From Antedon mediterranea (lineage: Eukaryota > Animalia > Echinodermata), in NCBI RefSeq assembly GCF_964355755.1, contig NC_092672.1, positions 27,782,437-27,846,436 of the forward strand: a stretch of 64,000 nt of DNA. Direction: 5' to 3'. The notes under the pieces are model-generated. The model saw only the letters and a program-made list of their open reading frames with translations. It did no database searches and was not told the origin of the DNA. The translations under genes and the position numbers were made by a program. Shown piece by piece: positions 63,020-64,000 of the stretch. The first letter of the stretch is position 1. Every line of letters starts with the position of its first letter.

Positions 63020-63537
63020 CTATTGTCAAAAATAGTATTACACAAGTATTAAATGTTTATGAGTTGGAGTGAGGATAATCTTTCATAAGTTGAAGAGGGG
63101 AGAATATTTTATGAGTTGAAATATTAATGTTCTATTTAACGAAGAGGGCGGAGTAGAGCTTTCAACGAACACAAAAATCATGCATTATTGGCTTTATAAC
63201 ATACCTGTTCTAAGTAGACTTTTATCCAATTAATCCGCTGCTTTTATTTTTAATAAATGTCATGTAAAAAGCAGATATTTTGGTCATGGCGCACACTTTC
63301 GTTGATTGTCATGCCTAGCGTTACGAAATTCTATAAATATCTGCAAAACGCTGAAGATATTTAAGAACCAATGACATGTCAGAACCCCTTGCCGATGTAT
63401 GGAATACAAGTCTCGGCCTTCTCAGAAATCGCACGCATCTTTTACTGCTTGTAGATGTATTGTAAGACCTGACATACAGTAGGTATGTTGTTTATTATTA
63501 TTTATCTCTCTACTATGGTAATACAACAGTGTCCTAC

Positions 63538-63703
63538 CTTGATATACATTTAGAAAATGTTCAAATTCTAGTCTGTAAGAAGCTTTGTATCGTTCAATAA
63601 ATCCTCCTTGTATGCGTCCTAAACTGTGTCCATCTTGATCATGATGATGGACGGATGTTGGAAACACATTTTTGGACTCAAGTATCCCGCTATCCCCAAA
63701 CAC
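63538..63703 (-). CDS. penultimate exon of the Gfo/Idh/MocA oxidoreductase; gene continues beyond the window
   Basis: VFGDSGILESKN...FIERYKASYRLEFEHFL matches the family C-terminal F..RY..SY..E..HF pattern; acceptor cttttag, donor gtagga. Confidence 0.82.
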
Positions 63704-64000
63704 CTAAAAGAAAACATTTGTCAAACATTAGTGTAAAAAAACACGTTTATTTGAAGGAGCGTTTATTCAAAACGATGTTCTATGGGGCCATTTATTCGAT
63801 GGAGAGACTAAAAGAGAGCGCGATTTCGACCCGTTAGTGAAGATAAAGATCACTTGAGATTTCATTACACGTTACTACGTCACCAATATATCGATTTTTT
63901 TTAATGGACTGTATATTCACAAACATAATAAAGAGAACAATAGCTTGGAGATTGTTGTCGTTAACATGAAACCAAACATCAACAGCAAATACAGAACTCT

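Noticed and set aside
63206-63467. Exon-like segment with AG/GT boundaries inside the last intron of the oxidoreductase gene
   Set aside because: Stops in all three frames, and the flanking exons already join in phase without it.

Overview
AT-rich animal (probably marine invertebrate) genomic DNA with spliceosomal GT-AG introns and a very high transposon load; most entries in the ORF track are exon pieces, TE fragments or noise. Two host genes can be read, both on the minus strand. (1) A complete 17-exon gene (31848->168) that I spliced by hand with consistent intron phases into a 3321-nt CDS (1106 aa). It encodes signal peptide, six-bladed YWTD beta-propeller with no following EGF module, a long beta-rich unassigned region, a non-canonical C-type lectin domain, a Cys-rich segment and an Asp-box-containing C-terminus ending DCC*. 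(2) The last two exons of a Gfo/Idh/MocA (myo-inositol 2-dehydrogenase-like) oxidoreductase (63703->62850). The rest is nested mobile DNA: a very young, internally deleted but in-frame BEL/Pao LTR element, a Gmr1-like Gypsy remnant, two Penelope-like elements (one with a degenerate minimal hammerhead), Tx1/L1- and CR1/L2-type LINE fragments, non-autonomous Helitrons and Helentron-type HINEs, several MITEs (including a 38-bp one), Nin/Deu- and Meta-type SINEs, a tRNA-Asp(ATC)-like repeat and minisatellites. All family assignments come from motif recognition by eye; no searches were run.
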